This document shows, piece after piece, positions 1 through 12,418 of a DNA stretch of 64,000 nucleotides. Both the position numbers and the translations under genes were made by a program. A model generated the notes under the pieces. The model was not told the origin of the DNA, ran no database searches, and saw nothing but the letters and a program-made list of their open reading frames with translations. How positions within the stretch are numbered: the first letter of the stretch is position 1; each line of letters starts with the position of its first letter. The stretch comes from Phoronis australis. Taxonomy: Eukaryota > Animalia > Phoronida. The stretch is from contig NMRA01000022.1 of the NCBI GenBank assembly GCA_002633005.1, positions 176,056 to 240,055 on the forward strand, read 5' to 3'.

Positions 1-479
1 TGATAGATTTTGAAGGGAGCTTCAAAAGAATAAAAACAAATACACTTTAATATTGATTAAAATACACATTTTCTTTCTCATTCGATTATAAGTGGATGTT
101 AGTTTACGTATTCTAACCATTTTCAATCACACAGTAATTTTATTGCACGTTGAACGTCATTAAAGTATGAATTCATCAGTGTTTACATTGTTCGGACTGC
201 GCTCCTAAGTAAGTATTGATTATTCACCGCTTGGAGCGCTAGTGTTTCGACCGGTAACCATTGCGGCGAATGGTAAAATGGCTGAGTGAACTCTCCTATA
301 CTCGTAAACTCCTTGCTCTGAGTCTGAGTCTGAGGCAGTGAGGGGAAATGTTTTGAAGTGAGGGGAAATTCTACCTCTCAATCACCACCAATAGCATCCC
401 CCACCCTGTTGCTAGCCCTCATAGGCGTAGACAGTGACCATCATCTCTAGCTGGCTCAGTAGAAACGGTCTAGCTCCTA

Positions 480-1005
480 GGCGTTTTCCCGTTCAGTGAC
501 TTCATCAGACGTAGGGGGTGCTGAGCGTGTGATAACATCTAGCTTCTTTGCTGGCTGCAAAGCACACTCTTTTGTCTGTTATGACAACAAGCAGGCCAAT
601 TATCTACCAGGCTTATTACAGACCACGTGTGAACACAGCCAAACTCAAAGTGAATTGGCCGGGTGGGTATTCGGAAAGAATAGATTGTTGTAACTTCTGT
701 TGCAACTGGGTGATTTTGGTGATTCAAAAACTAAACATGATCACCATTTGATGAAGATTTCAGAAATGCTATTGGTATGTTCACATATGTTATAACTTAA
801 TTTTTATTTTTAACAGTACAGCCCAGTCAGGGTAGATGCGATCTTATTGGAGATTAGAGCAATTATCAAACAAAAGAGAGCTGACCCTCAAACCATAAAT
901 GTCAGAATGGAGTTAATCAGTTGTGTAAGATATTGGCTACAGGGGTAAACTTCCCAACTTGTTGTTGGGCTATAGAATCGAACAATTTGGGAGCAACGGG
1001 AAAAC
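480..1005. repeat. interspersed repeat, copy 1 (inverted copy at 61945-62428)
   Basis: Reverse complement aligns over about 500 bp with 61945-62428 (e.g. gataattggcctgc.tgttgtc.taacagacaaaaga, aagtcactgaacgggaaaacgcc). Confidence 0.85.
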
Positions 1006-1016
1006 ACTGTAATGAA

Positions 1017-1479
1017 CCGGAAGCTTTTCGGCGAATTATGCCTCACACCAACTAAAACATCAAAGTCACATTGTTATAAATAAGTTATGCAAATAGAGGG
1101 ACACCTTAGGAGGCTGTCAATGTCTTTAATTCCTTCCAATGCGAACAAGTACTCCTGTTATCAAACTTTTTTTGAGCAGTTCTCGTTCAGTTTGCAAAAT
1201 CCGTAACTGGCCATTTTTACAATGCGAACCCCAGGGGATATAATGCCATATCAACTGCCACTCAGAGTGTTAAAAATGGCCAGTTACTGATTTTGGGAAC
1301 TGAACGAGGGACTGCTTGAAGAATAAGCTTGATAACGGGAGTATCATTTGTTCGAATTGGAAGGAATTAACGACACCAACAGCCTCCCAAGGTACCCCTC
1401 TATGCGCATAAGGTATTTATAACAATGTGACTTTGATGTTTTAGTTGGTGTGAGGCATAATTTGCCGAAAAGCTTCTGG
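1017..1479. mobile_element. foldback/MITE-like imperfect palindrome
   Basis: Arms aagcttttcggcgaattatgcctcacaccaactaaaacatcaaagtcacattgttataaa and its reverse complement, pairing inward for about 200 bp. Related arm fragments at ~40478, ~40925, ~41680 and ~49790-49915. Confidence 0.8.
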
Positions 1480-2769
1480 CTTATGAAGCACATAGGAGCT
1501 AAACCGTCTCTACTGTGCCATCTAGATGGTGGTCTCTGTTTATCATAGCCTCTGCCTCAAGTACCAAAAATTAACTTTTTACGCTCATTCAAATTTTCAC
1601 TTGTGTGAGTTACAAGTGATTCCAATCTCGTGGGGAACTTTTCAATCACTTTTGTCTTGAGTGAGGGGAATATTTGGACATCGTGAGTGGAATTTCATGT
1701 CATTTTTCAATATTCGTCAGAGGGAATGGGGCCGATATTCTATACTGTTACAGAGTATACTCAATCTATTATTCACAGGTAATTGTTTCCACTGATATTG
1801 TTTTAGTATACTACTGTTTGCCTGTGACATCCACAGGTAATGCATTGCATGGTATTTACTGTGCCTTTTAGGAGAGTTGGTCCTATAGAATCTTACCATG
1901 GTTAGGAATATTATGACATCGAGATTGCGAAAGTATAAGACCTAGTTCAATATACATTTTAGCCAGCCACTTGTCAACAGGACAAAATACTCTTTTAAAA
2001 TTTTAGCACTATTTTTTCTATGTGTGTGACTTGCAGTGTACCCATTGCCATATTACGTAACCACACATCTTAAAACTGTAGATCATCAGATAAAGAGTGC
2101 AACAATAGTTAATGCATCTTGAGATACAAGAGAATCTCCCGACCTTTCTCTAGGAATGCATGTATCATATTCCCTTGTGAGGCCAACCCTGGTTGTTCAC
2201 ATTACGCAGCGTTCGAAATACACGCTGCCTGGTGGTCCGGGCCAGTGGATTTGTGGTAAACTTTCACATATGGGCCCGATGTGGATGTGGTCTGACTCTC
2301 ATATTCAAGTAACTGGCGTGGCAGTCCAGCACATTTATTTCCTGTTCAGCTCGAACAGTGTCACTGCACTTGGCTTATTGTGGATTAGCTGATAATCACT
2401 TTGTTATCATGAATTTACACACTAGATAAAAATGAATACAAGGTTATGGTATGCTATGTTTTCACCAAAATACAACATGGTGCAAAAATGCGATTTTGTT
2501 TTGTGAGTTTCCTCAAAAACACTCCGAAAGTTCTGATGCTGTGGTTTGAAGTATGCTCATGCTTTTTTAAAAAAATAATATTAAAATAATATAATACTGA
2601 AATCTCCTATTAACGTTGACAGACCTATAATAGAACCAGCAAGTCTTTCTAAAGTTGGTTGAGGTGAATGTCAAGTGGCTAGGTATTATTCTTCAACTTT
2701 ATCATCTTGTATATGGCCAATATTTTACTTTTGAGTTAATTTAATATTTTTATCTGTTTTGTTTTTCAG

Positions 2770-2850
2770 GAGATGTTATGCGTTATTGAGATAACTGATG
2801 TTGTGGATCCAGACTTTATCAACAAACCATTAGATTCCTGCAAAGTTGTG
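2770..2850 (+). CDS. GTF3C6: TFIIIC subunit 6 (TFIIIC35), internal coding exon
   Basis: ttttcag acceptor (AG 2768-2769) and gtgag donor (2851). Encodes EMLCVIEITDVVDPDFINKPLDSCKVV, resembling the GTF3C6 N-terminal domain (human, recalled: EQLVLVELSGIIDSDFLSKCENKCKVL). Upstream start exon not identified. Confidence 0.85.
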
Positions 2851-3830
2851 GTGAGATTTCTGTTTGTTTCTAAAGATGGTGTCTCTGTGCTCTGCGATCA
2901 GAAAGGTTTACTCAGAAGGTTCATTTGTCAAAAGACTGAGTTTATTTTTATGTTCGTTTAGGTGCAATGCCTACGGTACTTCCTGTTAGTCAGTCCATTG
3001 ATACGGAAATACCTTGGTTCAAGATTCTTTATGCCAATAGAATGTCAAACTCAATAATTTTTTACAAATTCATTCAAAATAGTATTAGCCTTTTTTTAAA
3101 TCGATGGACCTTTGACTTTGTGGATCAGCATAACAGTGGACCCTTCTACCGAATGAATGAATAAGTGTTTGTTTTAACGATACTTCTGAAAACACAAGGC
3201 GATTATTGCATAATGTTCATTTTAGTCGTATGCATTAAGTTTTTGATGATAGTTGTGCAGTATAAACTATCCTTGACTAGCAATTGACCTTTCACGCGTA
3301 ACAAAAATCGGTGCTTGCGCATCCCAGTGCATATGACTTCCTTAAATACAAAATTCGCTCAGGCGATCATCAGCTAGGTAAGTTGGCAGTTGATTTTAGA
3401 TACAGATATTGCCTGTTAACTCATATCTATGGTAAACTGAATTTCTGCCTGATTGAACTAACACCAAAATGAAGTGATCTGTGCAGATTGAATATCTTCG
3501 TCTGCAGGTGATGTTGCTCAACTTGATCGCTATCCCACAATCCCTAGTGTGTCTGATATCTTTCTCTATCCGTAAAAAGGTGAAAGGAGTAAATTTCACA
3601 CAATAAATTCACATTTTCTGCCACGAACAGGCAGTGGTTATTGCTGACACCCATCCCTGGTCCCTAATCCCTGAGCAAAAGAAGTAGTCATAAAAGTTTA
3701 GAGCCTGTAACAGAGCAAATTATGACACGAAGCACGTTACGGAAGTAGTTGATGTGCTAATTAATCACTGTCCAACTCTAAGTTCTTCTCTTTTTGTATT
3801 CTGTTACCTTTTCAAATTTACATTTTCCAG

Positions 3831-3933
3831 GGAGTAGAGAGTGAAGCACCCATATTACAGCTGGACAACCGTGTATTCCGAGGAGAGTATAAGGATGTCG
3901 TGGGAACCTATGTATTGTTTGAGGAGCAACCAG
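3831..3933 (+). CDS. GTF3C6: TFIIIC subunit 6, internal coding exon
   Basis: ttttccag acceptor and gtggg donor. Encodes GVESEAPILQLDNRVFRGEYKDVVGTYVLFEEQP, matching the GTF3C6 core motif PILQVD..VF.GEY.D..GT.V.FEE. Phases join both neighbouring exons. Confidence 0.9.
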
Positions 3934-5304
3934 GTGGGTTTTTCATACTGTGGCAGGCGCTCTTCTTTTTGGCATACAACATGGTGCACTTGCGGAAGCT
4001 GTCTACAAAACGGTCATGTGATCATTTAGAAATTTTTGCTATTGGCACCGTAGTTGACATTTGAGAATCTAGTGAATGTCTTTGACGTTCGAGCGTCCAC
4101 CTCCAGGTTGTCTTAGCTCTGTAGCAGTTTCTTCTACCAACTTGGTGTTAGTTGTGTAGTACAATCTATTGTAACAGTTGACCTTTTACGCAACATGAAA
4201 ACCATCGTGCGCGCTTCGCAGAGGATAGATTTGTGGGATACAAGTCGTCCTAATCTAGAATCCAGAAAGTGCCGTGCATACAATTGTCTGCTCAGTAATC
4301 TGGCGAATGATTTTTGGATTTACCATTTTTTTTTGATATGAATTGACTCATTCGATGGTCTACAAAACATTGGTGTAATCATTATTTACCAGCGTGAACA
4401 AGGCCTACACTAGTGCTTTTGTAGACTATTATATTAGTTGATTAACAGTCTAAAATTAATTGCGAATCCTCTGCCTGTCGCCCCGGTGTGACCAAAAAAG
4501 TATTTTACTAAGATATTATGTCCAATAATTACTTCCAGGACGAGCATGCCATTAAGAAAATTATTAAGGATATTGTTAAAGTTAGTAAGCTCAATGATTA
4601 CCTCGATGTCATTATCTATTACTGGAATAGGAAGTCCTCCAAACTAACATTTCTAAAACGAAAGTATGTCCCATTGCCCAGTATAGTGTTGTTTGTGAGT
4701 TAGTATGCTGTCTTTCCCGTCGGTTATGTATGCGTCTTTAAAATGGCGCCATCCAAGAGCATTTTGTGTGATGTTATGAATGTATAAACACCGTCAAGAA
4801 ATTGTGGAAAACACGTCAATTCGATACGTAGAGCAGGATGTGCTGCGATTGAAAGTATTGGAAACCCTTTTGATTGCATTCGAGAAGTCTATTTTGAATG
4901 AGCAGCAAACAGGGTCACACCGCACAATACACTTGTTTGGGCGACTTTCCTGTTACCCCTTCCATTTATCACTCTTTGTAGTATTTCACACCTGCAGTGT
5001 CCCACTGTGTATGTTACTAGCTATTTGTGTGTCATTTTATTTCCACTTGATAGTGAAACAAGTATGTTTCGAAATATGGTGTGTCTTTTAATCATGTCTC
5101 TTGGTCAGTTGTGTTACCAATGCTCTGTTGAATGCCAAACTATCTGATGAAATGAATGGAATAAAGATTGTCAACAATGACAAGTGTTGTGTATTTATAA
5201 CCAATTTTGCGTAACAGAAAACTTGCTACCTTTGTTCGTAATTTGGAAGACGCAAAATATTTTCAAGCTCAAGGACTCTACGTGCAGTTCGACTTATTTT
5301 TCAG

Positions 5305-6128
5305 ACGCTGCCAACAAGAACATGCAGCTCAAGTACAAGTACAAGACTCGCAAGAAGTTGAGCATGCAGAGGGTGTTTCTAACATCAAAGAAAGATGGCG
5401 GAAAAGAAATGAGTCGTAAGGAGACGTCAATTGTGAATGACGTACACAGTCCATCTGACACTGATGTGGCTGAACATGGCGTACCAGCTGATGACGTGAT
5501 GGATTCAACTGGGAGTAGAGTGAATGATGGAGAACAAACACTGGAAAACTCAAGGAAGACTCGGGAAAGACCTATAGGAACTGTTACTAGAGATTCAGCC
5601 ACGGGAAATGTTGTAGATTATGTGGGTGAACGGAGATCTACGGGAGATGATGTTATGGATTCAAATTGTGAGAGAAATAGGGTGAATGATTACGAAAGAA
5701 CACTGGAATCGTCTGCTGCCAGAACACTGGAATCGTCTGCTGCCGTGACTCAGGAAACACGTGATACAACAAAATGTAGAAGTGCGGATGACGTTACTGA
5801 ACATAGACCCACAGTTGAGGTTGTGAAGGATTCAGTTTCTGCCGGAAATTGTATGAAAGACATTGACCAAACACCAGAATCGTCTACTGCCATGACTCTA
5901 GAGACATCTATAGTTCCCGTGATAAGCGATTCATTTGAGGGAAACGGTGTGAATAATACTGAACAAATGCCCACAGTTCTAGAAGGGAGCAGTAGGTCTA
6001 CGGATAATTGTACTGGACTAAGATCTCTGTCTACAGTTGGTGAAACTGGAGGTGTTGCAAGTGATCACATGCCAACAGAGACCTGTGGTGAACTAACTGA
6101 AATGGAGAATGTAATGGATACAACCTAA
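5305..6128 (+). CDS. GTF3C6: TFIIIC subunit 6, terminal exon with long acidic, repetitive tail
   Basis: tttttcag acceptor (AG 5303-5304), phase 1. Encodes DAANKNMQLKYKYKTRKKLSMQRVFLTSKK (GTF3C6 motif LKYKC.T.KKL.M.R..LT.KK), then a low-complexity tail to TAA at 6126-6128. Confidence 0.85.
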
Positions 6129-7859
6129 ACGCATAGATCATTTGCCTTAATTATGATGTTTTATTGTTGATAAAGTCTAAGGTGTACCTGGTGATTGCAC
6201 AGGGTCTTGTTTCTTACAACTATGTGCAGGGCTCAACACTCGGCATAACGTCAACTCAACATTTTGTATCTCTTGGTAGATTCCGTTGGCTTTGATGGAA
6301 CACTCCATCGTTTTCATATCATATTCTGAGTTAATTTTGGTATGTGCCCGCTTCATCTTGGAATATAATTCTGCCTGAATTGAACTCTACTTTTTTCGAA
6401 GGTCGAAAAATGCATTACATGACTGGCCTACTTTTCAGAATGGCATGCACTCCTATGGCATGCACTCCTGACTGGTGAATAAGAAAAGAAATTTGCATTC
6501 ACATCTAATGCTGGTAGTTGGCCCTTTTGTCAGTATTGCAACTCAAAACGCAACAGTATGTGTTTGCTTGCATTACAATTATCAAATATATGATAATTAG
6601 AATTGATGGATACGAGATAGTCCTTGGCACATCTGAATGTGAAGAAGCAGGATAAGTGCTCCACACACGTTGCATTGTGGGTAAATACCTTTGCCTGAGA
6701 GTGGCATTGTGCGCATTAATGTTGCATGCTGGGTCTGTCGAGACTAGTGCCAGTGAGGTACTTAAGTAGTTAAAATTAAAAGTCAGTTTGTTGACAACAG
6801 GGTACATCGCAGCTTTAAGCGGTAAGATTGTGGTTTGGTTTCTACGTACACTTTACTTTTTTGTCAAATACAGCAAGAATTGGTTGCAAGTTAGGGTAAA
6901 ACTAAGCAATTTGAATAGGTGTCAAAATTCTGGTATGATGGCTGGGCTCTACTGAAATATATCCTCATAATAGCCATGAGAGAATTTCCAGGCGGGTTTA
7001 ACTAAAAAGGTGTATGGGCCATTCTATAATTGTATGTTGACAAGTCATTACCTGTTACTTTCTCTTTGAGCAGAGTTAATATTCATTGCAAGTATTTGAA
7101 ATAGTATTTCAGCCGATGACTTTTGGCTTTCAACTTAATGTATTTCTGTTTCTTTGACTCGTCTTGCCATTTTCACCCACTCGGTCAAGAATCAAACTTG
7201 TTTTTTATATAGCGACTACAGTTTCAGCACAGTAATTTCACGGCTCATCAACTACGATATGCTATGCATCATGAACAGAGTCAGAAACAAAAGCCTAAAA
7301 ACAAGAAACCGTGATGTTAGCTGCGTTTAGTTGATCCAAGATAATTGCGAAAAACCTGGTGTGATCATGTGCCTTACTTGTAATGCATGGCAGTATCTCA
7401 CAGACTTGCTTTCACAAGACTCTTGCGCCTATGGAACACAACCTTTGGTGCCAAATTTTTACATGCTTCAGTACCACCACAACTGTACTATTAAATCTCT
7501 GGACAAGTTACTGTGGTAGGCAGGATCACCATATAATTGGTTAGCTCTGAATTTTGTAAATTTCATTTGAACAAGGAAATGCATGCATTGTGCTAATGAA
7601 GTGTACCGAAAACTAGCCATTATACAGTTAAACTGCATTTAGAAATCTTCATCCAATCCAACTGATAAATGTTCATGGAATTCTTCTCGCAACCTAGCCA
7701 CTGTACAAGTTCACTTGGCTATAGCCTCCTTTACTTCAAATCCAACACATTTTAGAATGTCTCATAGGGGTTCATAGCAACACGGTTGGTCTATATTCTT
7801 TTTGGGGTTGTGACATCCAACTTCTAATGATAAGAACAAAAACAAGATCTGTACAATTG

Positions 7860-7865
7860 TTTATT
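7860..7865 (-). promoter_or_regulatory. candidate GNAI polyadenylation signal
   Basis: AATAAA on the minus strand followed by a GU/U-rich tract (tgtttttgttctt). Implies a 3' UTR of about 1.8 kb. Confidence 0.45.
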
Positions 7866-9628
7866 CTATTGATTACATAAGAGACAAAGAACAGTCTATA
7901 GACAGTGTAAAGTTAGAGGGCATAACTCCCCTTAGCAATATGCATCCAATCAAAATATCAATATGACGTATCACAAAGCACGTACAAAATCCATTATGTT
8001 CTGCAACAAGATTCTGATCAGAATGATAATCCGGTGACATTAGATATTTCCAAGGTTGCCACTATCAACCATTCAATTATTGCAAAATTAGGCTATAGTA
8101 TGAGAAATGTCTCCTCGGGGAAACAAAAATCTTCAGCGACTGCGAATACTTATCTTAGGGAAGCTGCTTGAATAGCAGGCTGTAGTTCAACAGAATAATC
8201 GACTTATAATTATCATTGGTTCACATATTTCAAAATACACATTGATCAGGCTTACATAGCATCAATACACATATCCAATGCTAAATAGTCGTCACAAAAT
8301 ACAAGTAAATGAACTAAAATAACTACGACAACTAAGTTACACGTACACACACAGCAATGTGATGAGCTCCAAATATTTACAACATTTCCTACCTGCGTCG
8401 TTAACGAAACAGGAATATTACTTCAACCTTCCCCTCACAGGGCTGTCAAACAGTTGAGAAAACTCTCACCACAGCACTGTTCCAATGTTCACAATAAATT
8501 AGAAAGAGAATCGATGTTTATAGGACGGCAAACACGTAGCCAGTTCTATTAGCAAACAGGAAAGAATGCCACAATACCGCAACAAAGATGCGCATGATTC
8601 AATACGTAACCTTAGCTGGCTTACATTATTGGAAATGCTAGTTGCTACAAGGGTATGACAAACAGCCAGGTAACAGGTAATTAGACAGAGGGAACCACAG
8701 CAAGCTATTAATCAATGACTGAAACAATGCATCCGAGGCAGTATTCTATTACACTCTACCCATTATAAATATTACATCAATTGGCAGTCTAACGCGAGCA
8801 CTGCTTTTTTTGATTTGACAGCAATAAAGAAAATCCATTACTCAGCTACGACAATCAAAGAGCCTTAAAGCCTCTTAAGGACACATGGCATTAGAAGAGT
8901 TACACGCCTCTGCAATGATCACTGGGACTTTTTCAACTGTTCTTTTTATTTATGTTTACCCAGCCAACAACACAGAGACAGTCACATTCACTCGGGAAGA
9001 TACAATAATGATGGTCCATTCAATATATTAAAGGATGGACCTGCAAGCACGGCTTTCCCTTTAGTCTAATATAAATTGAGATGCGGACAACAGATGTCAC
9101 TCTTGTCTTGCTCTCTGTCTTAGTCCTTGACTGAAGCTTCTTCAACTCTATAAACGGACAGGAAACACATTTTACTATTAAATATTGGTGTGAACATGTG
9201 AGCAAACGATAGCTAATCATAAAAAGACACACTTCATGTTTGGATTTTTGAGGTTTAATTTAGTGGTGGTATTACGTCTCTCACTAAAACAGATCATCAC
9301 GCATATGCCCACAAAATGCCCAGTGACTGGCACCTAAAATCCGACACGGAAAACTTAGCGGCAAAAGTCGTATCCACAAGCACACGGTCAAAGATAATCA
9401 ATTTATAAACGTGTGCAACTTGTACTCACAGCCCGGAAAAACGCTCGTATTACCAAAAAAGTCCATTAAAGGGAAAGTTCCTTTTAAAGCTGCAGCAGCT
9501 ATATACCAATATTTGATTTAGACACACTGCTATTTAATTGGTCTCCACTTGTTCCTTAGTACTTCGATGAAAAATGATTTCTGGGTTTGCAAACAACTGA
9601 CAGTTTGTTAATCTTCCAAACCATACCC

Positions 9629-9819
9629 TTAAAACAGGCCGCAGTCCTTCAGGTTGTTCTTGATGATCACGTCGGTGACAGCGTCGAAAACAAACTGGAC
9701 GTTGTTTGTGTCAGTGGCACACGTGAAGTGAGTGTAGATCTCCTTAGACTCCTTCTTCTTGTTCAAGTTCTCAAACTGTAGCTGGATGTAGGCAGCCGCT
9801 TCCTCGTAGGTGTTCTGGC
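9629..9819 (-). CDS. GNAI: G protein alpha-i subunit, exon 8 (stop)
   Basis: 191 nt including TAA. Ends [33 protein letters not shown], the Gi-type C-terminus with the pertussis-toxin Cys. The eight exons total 1065 nt (354 aa plus stop). Confidence 0.97.
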
Positions 9820-10404
9820 CTACAGGTACAGGGGAGACAACATCAGTACTATGACATGGAGGCAGGGGAGATTACTATTTTTACCCACAGGCAGGGGATA
9901 CAATATCAATACATGTAGGAATGGGGACAGGAGAGACAACATTACTTTTATAGAAATGAGGCAGATGAAATACCGCTATTTCTGGTGAAAAGGGGAGTTG
10001 TAGGAAATATTAGAAATCAGGGCAATTTCATGACGGTTACAACAGAGATAACAGCTGTAAAGATGTACAACTTCTTCACATCCTCTTTAGTCGGAAAAGG
10101 TTCAAACTTTTGTTCTGGTCAGTTTTTCACTCATGGCAAAGTACATTATTTCAGTTTTCACAACATTGAGGAAATTTTGGAGAACATTTTTATGCTAATT
10201 TCCAAACGTAAAGTGTTGTTTTGCCTGGTTTCCTCTTTCACAACCGCAAATGTGTAACTGGTAGTAAGCATAAGCTACCAATCGTACTCTACGACCGACC
10301 ACTGGACTGCACCACCTACCCTCCGCTGACCACTGGACACTATCATTCCACCCTCCTCCAACCAGTGGACTCTACCACTCCACCCTCCTCTAACCTCGTC
10401 CCTA

Positions 10405-10593
<189 letters not shown>

Positions 10594-10864
10594 TTAAAGG
10601 TTAAAGCATAGACTTAATTCAGCTGTTGGTATTGACAAAGGGTTCTGTTCAGTTTGTAAAATGGTTTCACTTTAAGTGATATTTACTTGTACTTTACTGC
10701 TCGCCTGTCCTTTGGAGACTGATGCTGGTGCTCGTAAATTTGGGACAAACACTTTGCAGCGTCAAAGTCAACAGTTTGAACAAAAATATGTTGAATTATC
10801 TTTTATTTAAAGGTGACATACATCCACTTTGTCTCAAAAAATAACTTTTTGGTTAAAAATACTG

Positions 10865-11130
10865 GGGCCTGTTTGTGAAAAAGTGATTTAACGCTCAAGA
10901 AAAAAAAAAGAGTAAAAAATAGTTTTATGAACCAAATTACCATTTCCTAAAAAAATTTATATCACTTCAGAAAAACGTAGTTATTCAAATAATTTGTATT
11001 AGTTATAGGAGCAATGTCGTGCTCTAACCATGTCATTGCAAAAACTATATTCCGTAACAGCAATGTGGGACAGTAAGAAAAATTTAGGTCTTAAAAAATT
11101 AAGTCTTAAGGCACTTCCTGAAACGGGCTC
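10865..11130. mobile_element. PIF/Harbinger-like MITE
   Basis: TIR GGGCCTGTTT...AAACGGGCTC flanked by a 3-bp CTG duplication. A related copy lies at 14518-14798. Confidence 0.55.
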
Positions 11131-11221
11131 CTGACCTCAGAGAAAACTGACAGCTCATCACTGCTTGAGTCTAAGCTGGCATGTGGCATTGATGAACTGT
11201 CAGGTCAACACCAATGTAGAG

Positions 11222-11434
11222 TTCAGTACTGATAGGACCTTGCTGAAATCTAGGCAAAATCATGTGTTATCGTTTAAAATACACCGCAATATCTCATATA
11301 ATCTCGCAAAGTCTCGCCTGTTTGGGACCTCAGTAAAATCTAGCAAAAATCATGTGTTGCCGCTTAAAATACACGGCAATATCTCATATAACCTCGCGAA
11401 GTCTGGTCTTTTTGTGAGGTCCTAGCGTTACTGA
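11222..11434. mobile_element. small MITE with internal 2x90-bp tandem repeat
   Basis: Inverted ends ttcagtactgataggacct / aggtcctagcgttactgaa. An internal 90-bp unit starts at 11235 and 11325. Confidence 0.55.
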
Positions 11435-12288
11435 ATGGCTGGCACTTCAGTGTACATATTTGAAACATAGATAAATATCTCCTGTGTAGTGGTTCTGACA
11501 GGGACAGCCTTAACTACTAAAGAACACATAAAAATTTCCGAGTTTGGAATTCATATTGAGCATAACACTGATAATCACGCTGAATTACCACGACCACAAC
11601 ATCAAGGGAAGTGAATCAGGATTCATTACGTGTCACCGTCAATGACACATAACAACAGGAAGATTACTAATGACCATGACTTACAACATCATTTAATCAT
11701 TATGTAAAGTGCTCGACGAGATGTCAACAAGCCGTGCACTATTAGGTACACCGAGTCCATGACATAACAATCTACATCGGAATATTAAACAATGAAAACT
11801 ACGCCAAAAAGCCCTAAAAATTAGTTTCCCATTTCCTGCAATTATCAGTAGAGCCTGCTTTGATACCCAAGCACGAATATCAGTGCCCTCTGGAGCATGA
11901 CAAAGCAGGTCTATACACTATACAGTTCCTTATGTAGTTTTACAACAGCCAGACGCTTTGACTGAATCAGCCTAGAAAATGACTTTTTGATTTTGGGTGA
12001 GAAGCACAAAAACAGACAGAAGGCCTCATTTTGACAACACCTTTCCTTTTCACTGACCATGCCAAAATCAAGCCAACACTTCACTGTGGAATGTCAACGT
12101 AAACGAGGCGCATAAAATATTTCCCTGCATATTACATTTACAGATGCTTTAGGGGCATTTTCTCACAAATCATCCCTCATTAAGACCATATGTTGGCAAA
12201 GTCATTCTCCACAAAACATACACACACAACCTTTCAATAAAGCACAAACTGTAACAGGAGACAATAGCTCAACACTAGCGCCACCTAC

Positions 12289-12418
12289 CATCTCCTGGTC
12301 CTCGGCTAGCGTCAGGTCGTACTCGCTCATGGCCACAATAAAGATAATAGCTGTCACGCCCTCGAAGCAATGAATCCACTTCTTCCTCTCCGACCTCTGA
12401 CCTCCCACATCAAACATC
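12289..12418 (-). CDS. GNAI: G protein alpha-i subunit, exon 6
   Basis: 130 nt, cag/gtagg. Encodes [43 protein letters not shown] (G3 box, switch II). Confidence 0.97.

Noticed and set aside
478-515. Hammerhead ribozyme at CTGATGA...GAAA on the minus strand
   Set aside because: No stem II or stem III pairing, and the related copy at ~62400 lacks CTGATGA.
5184-5304. N-terminus of the 314-aa ORF as a single-exon gene
   Set aside because: Non-ATG start and intronic composition. Homology begins at the splice acceptor at 5305 and joins the upstream GTF3C6 exons.
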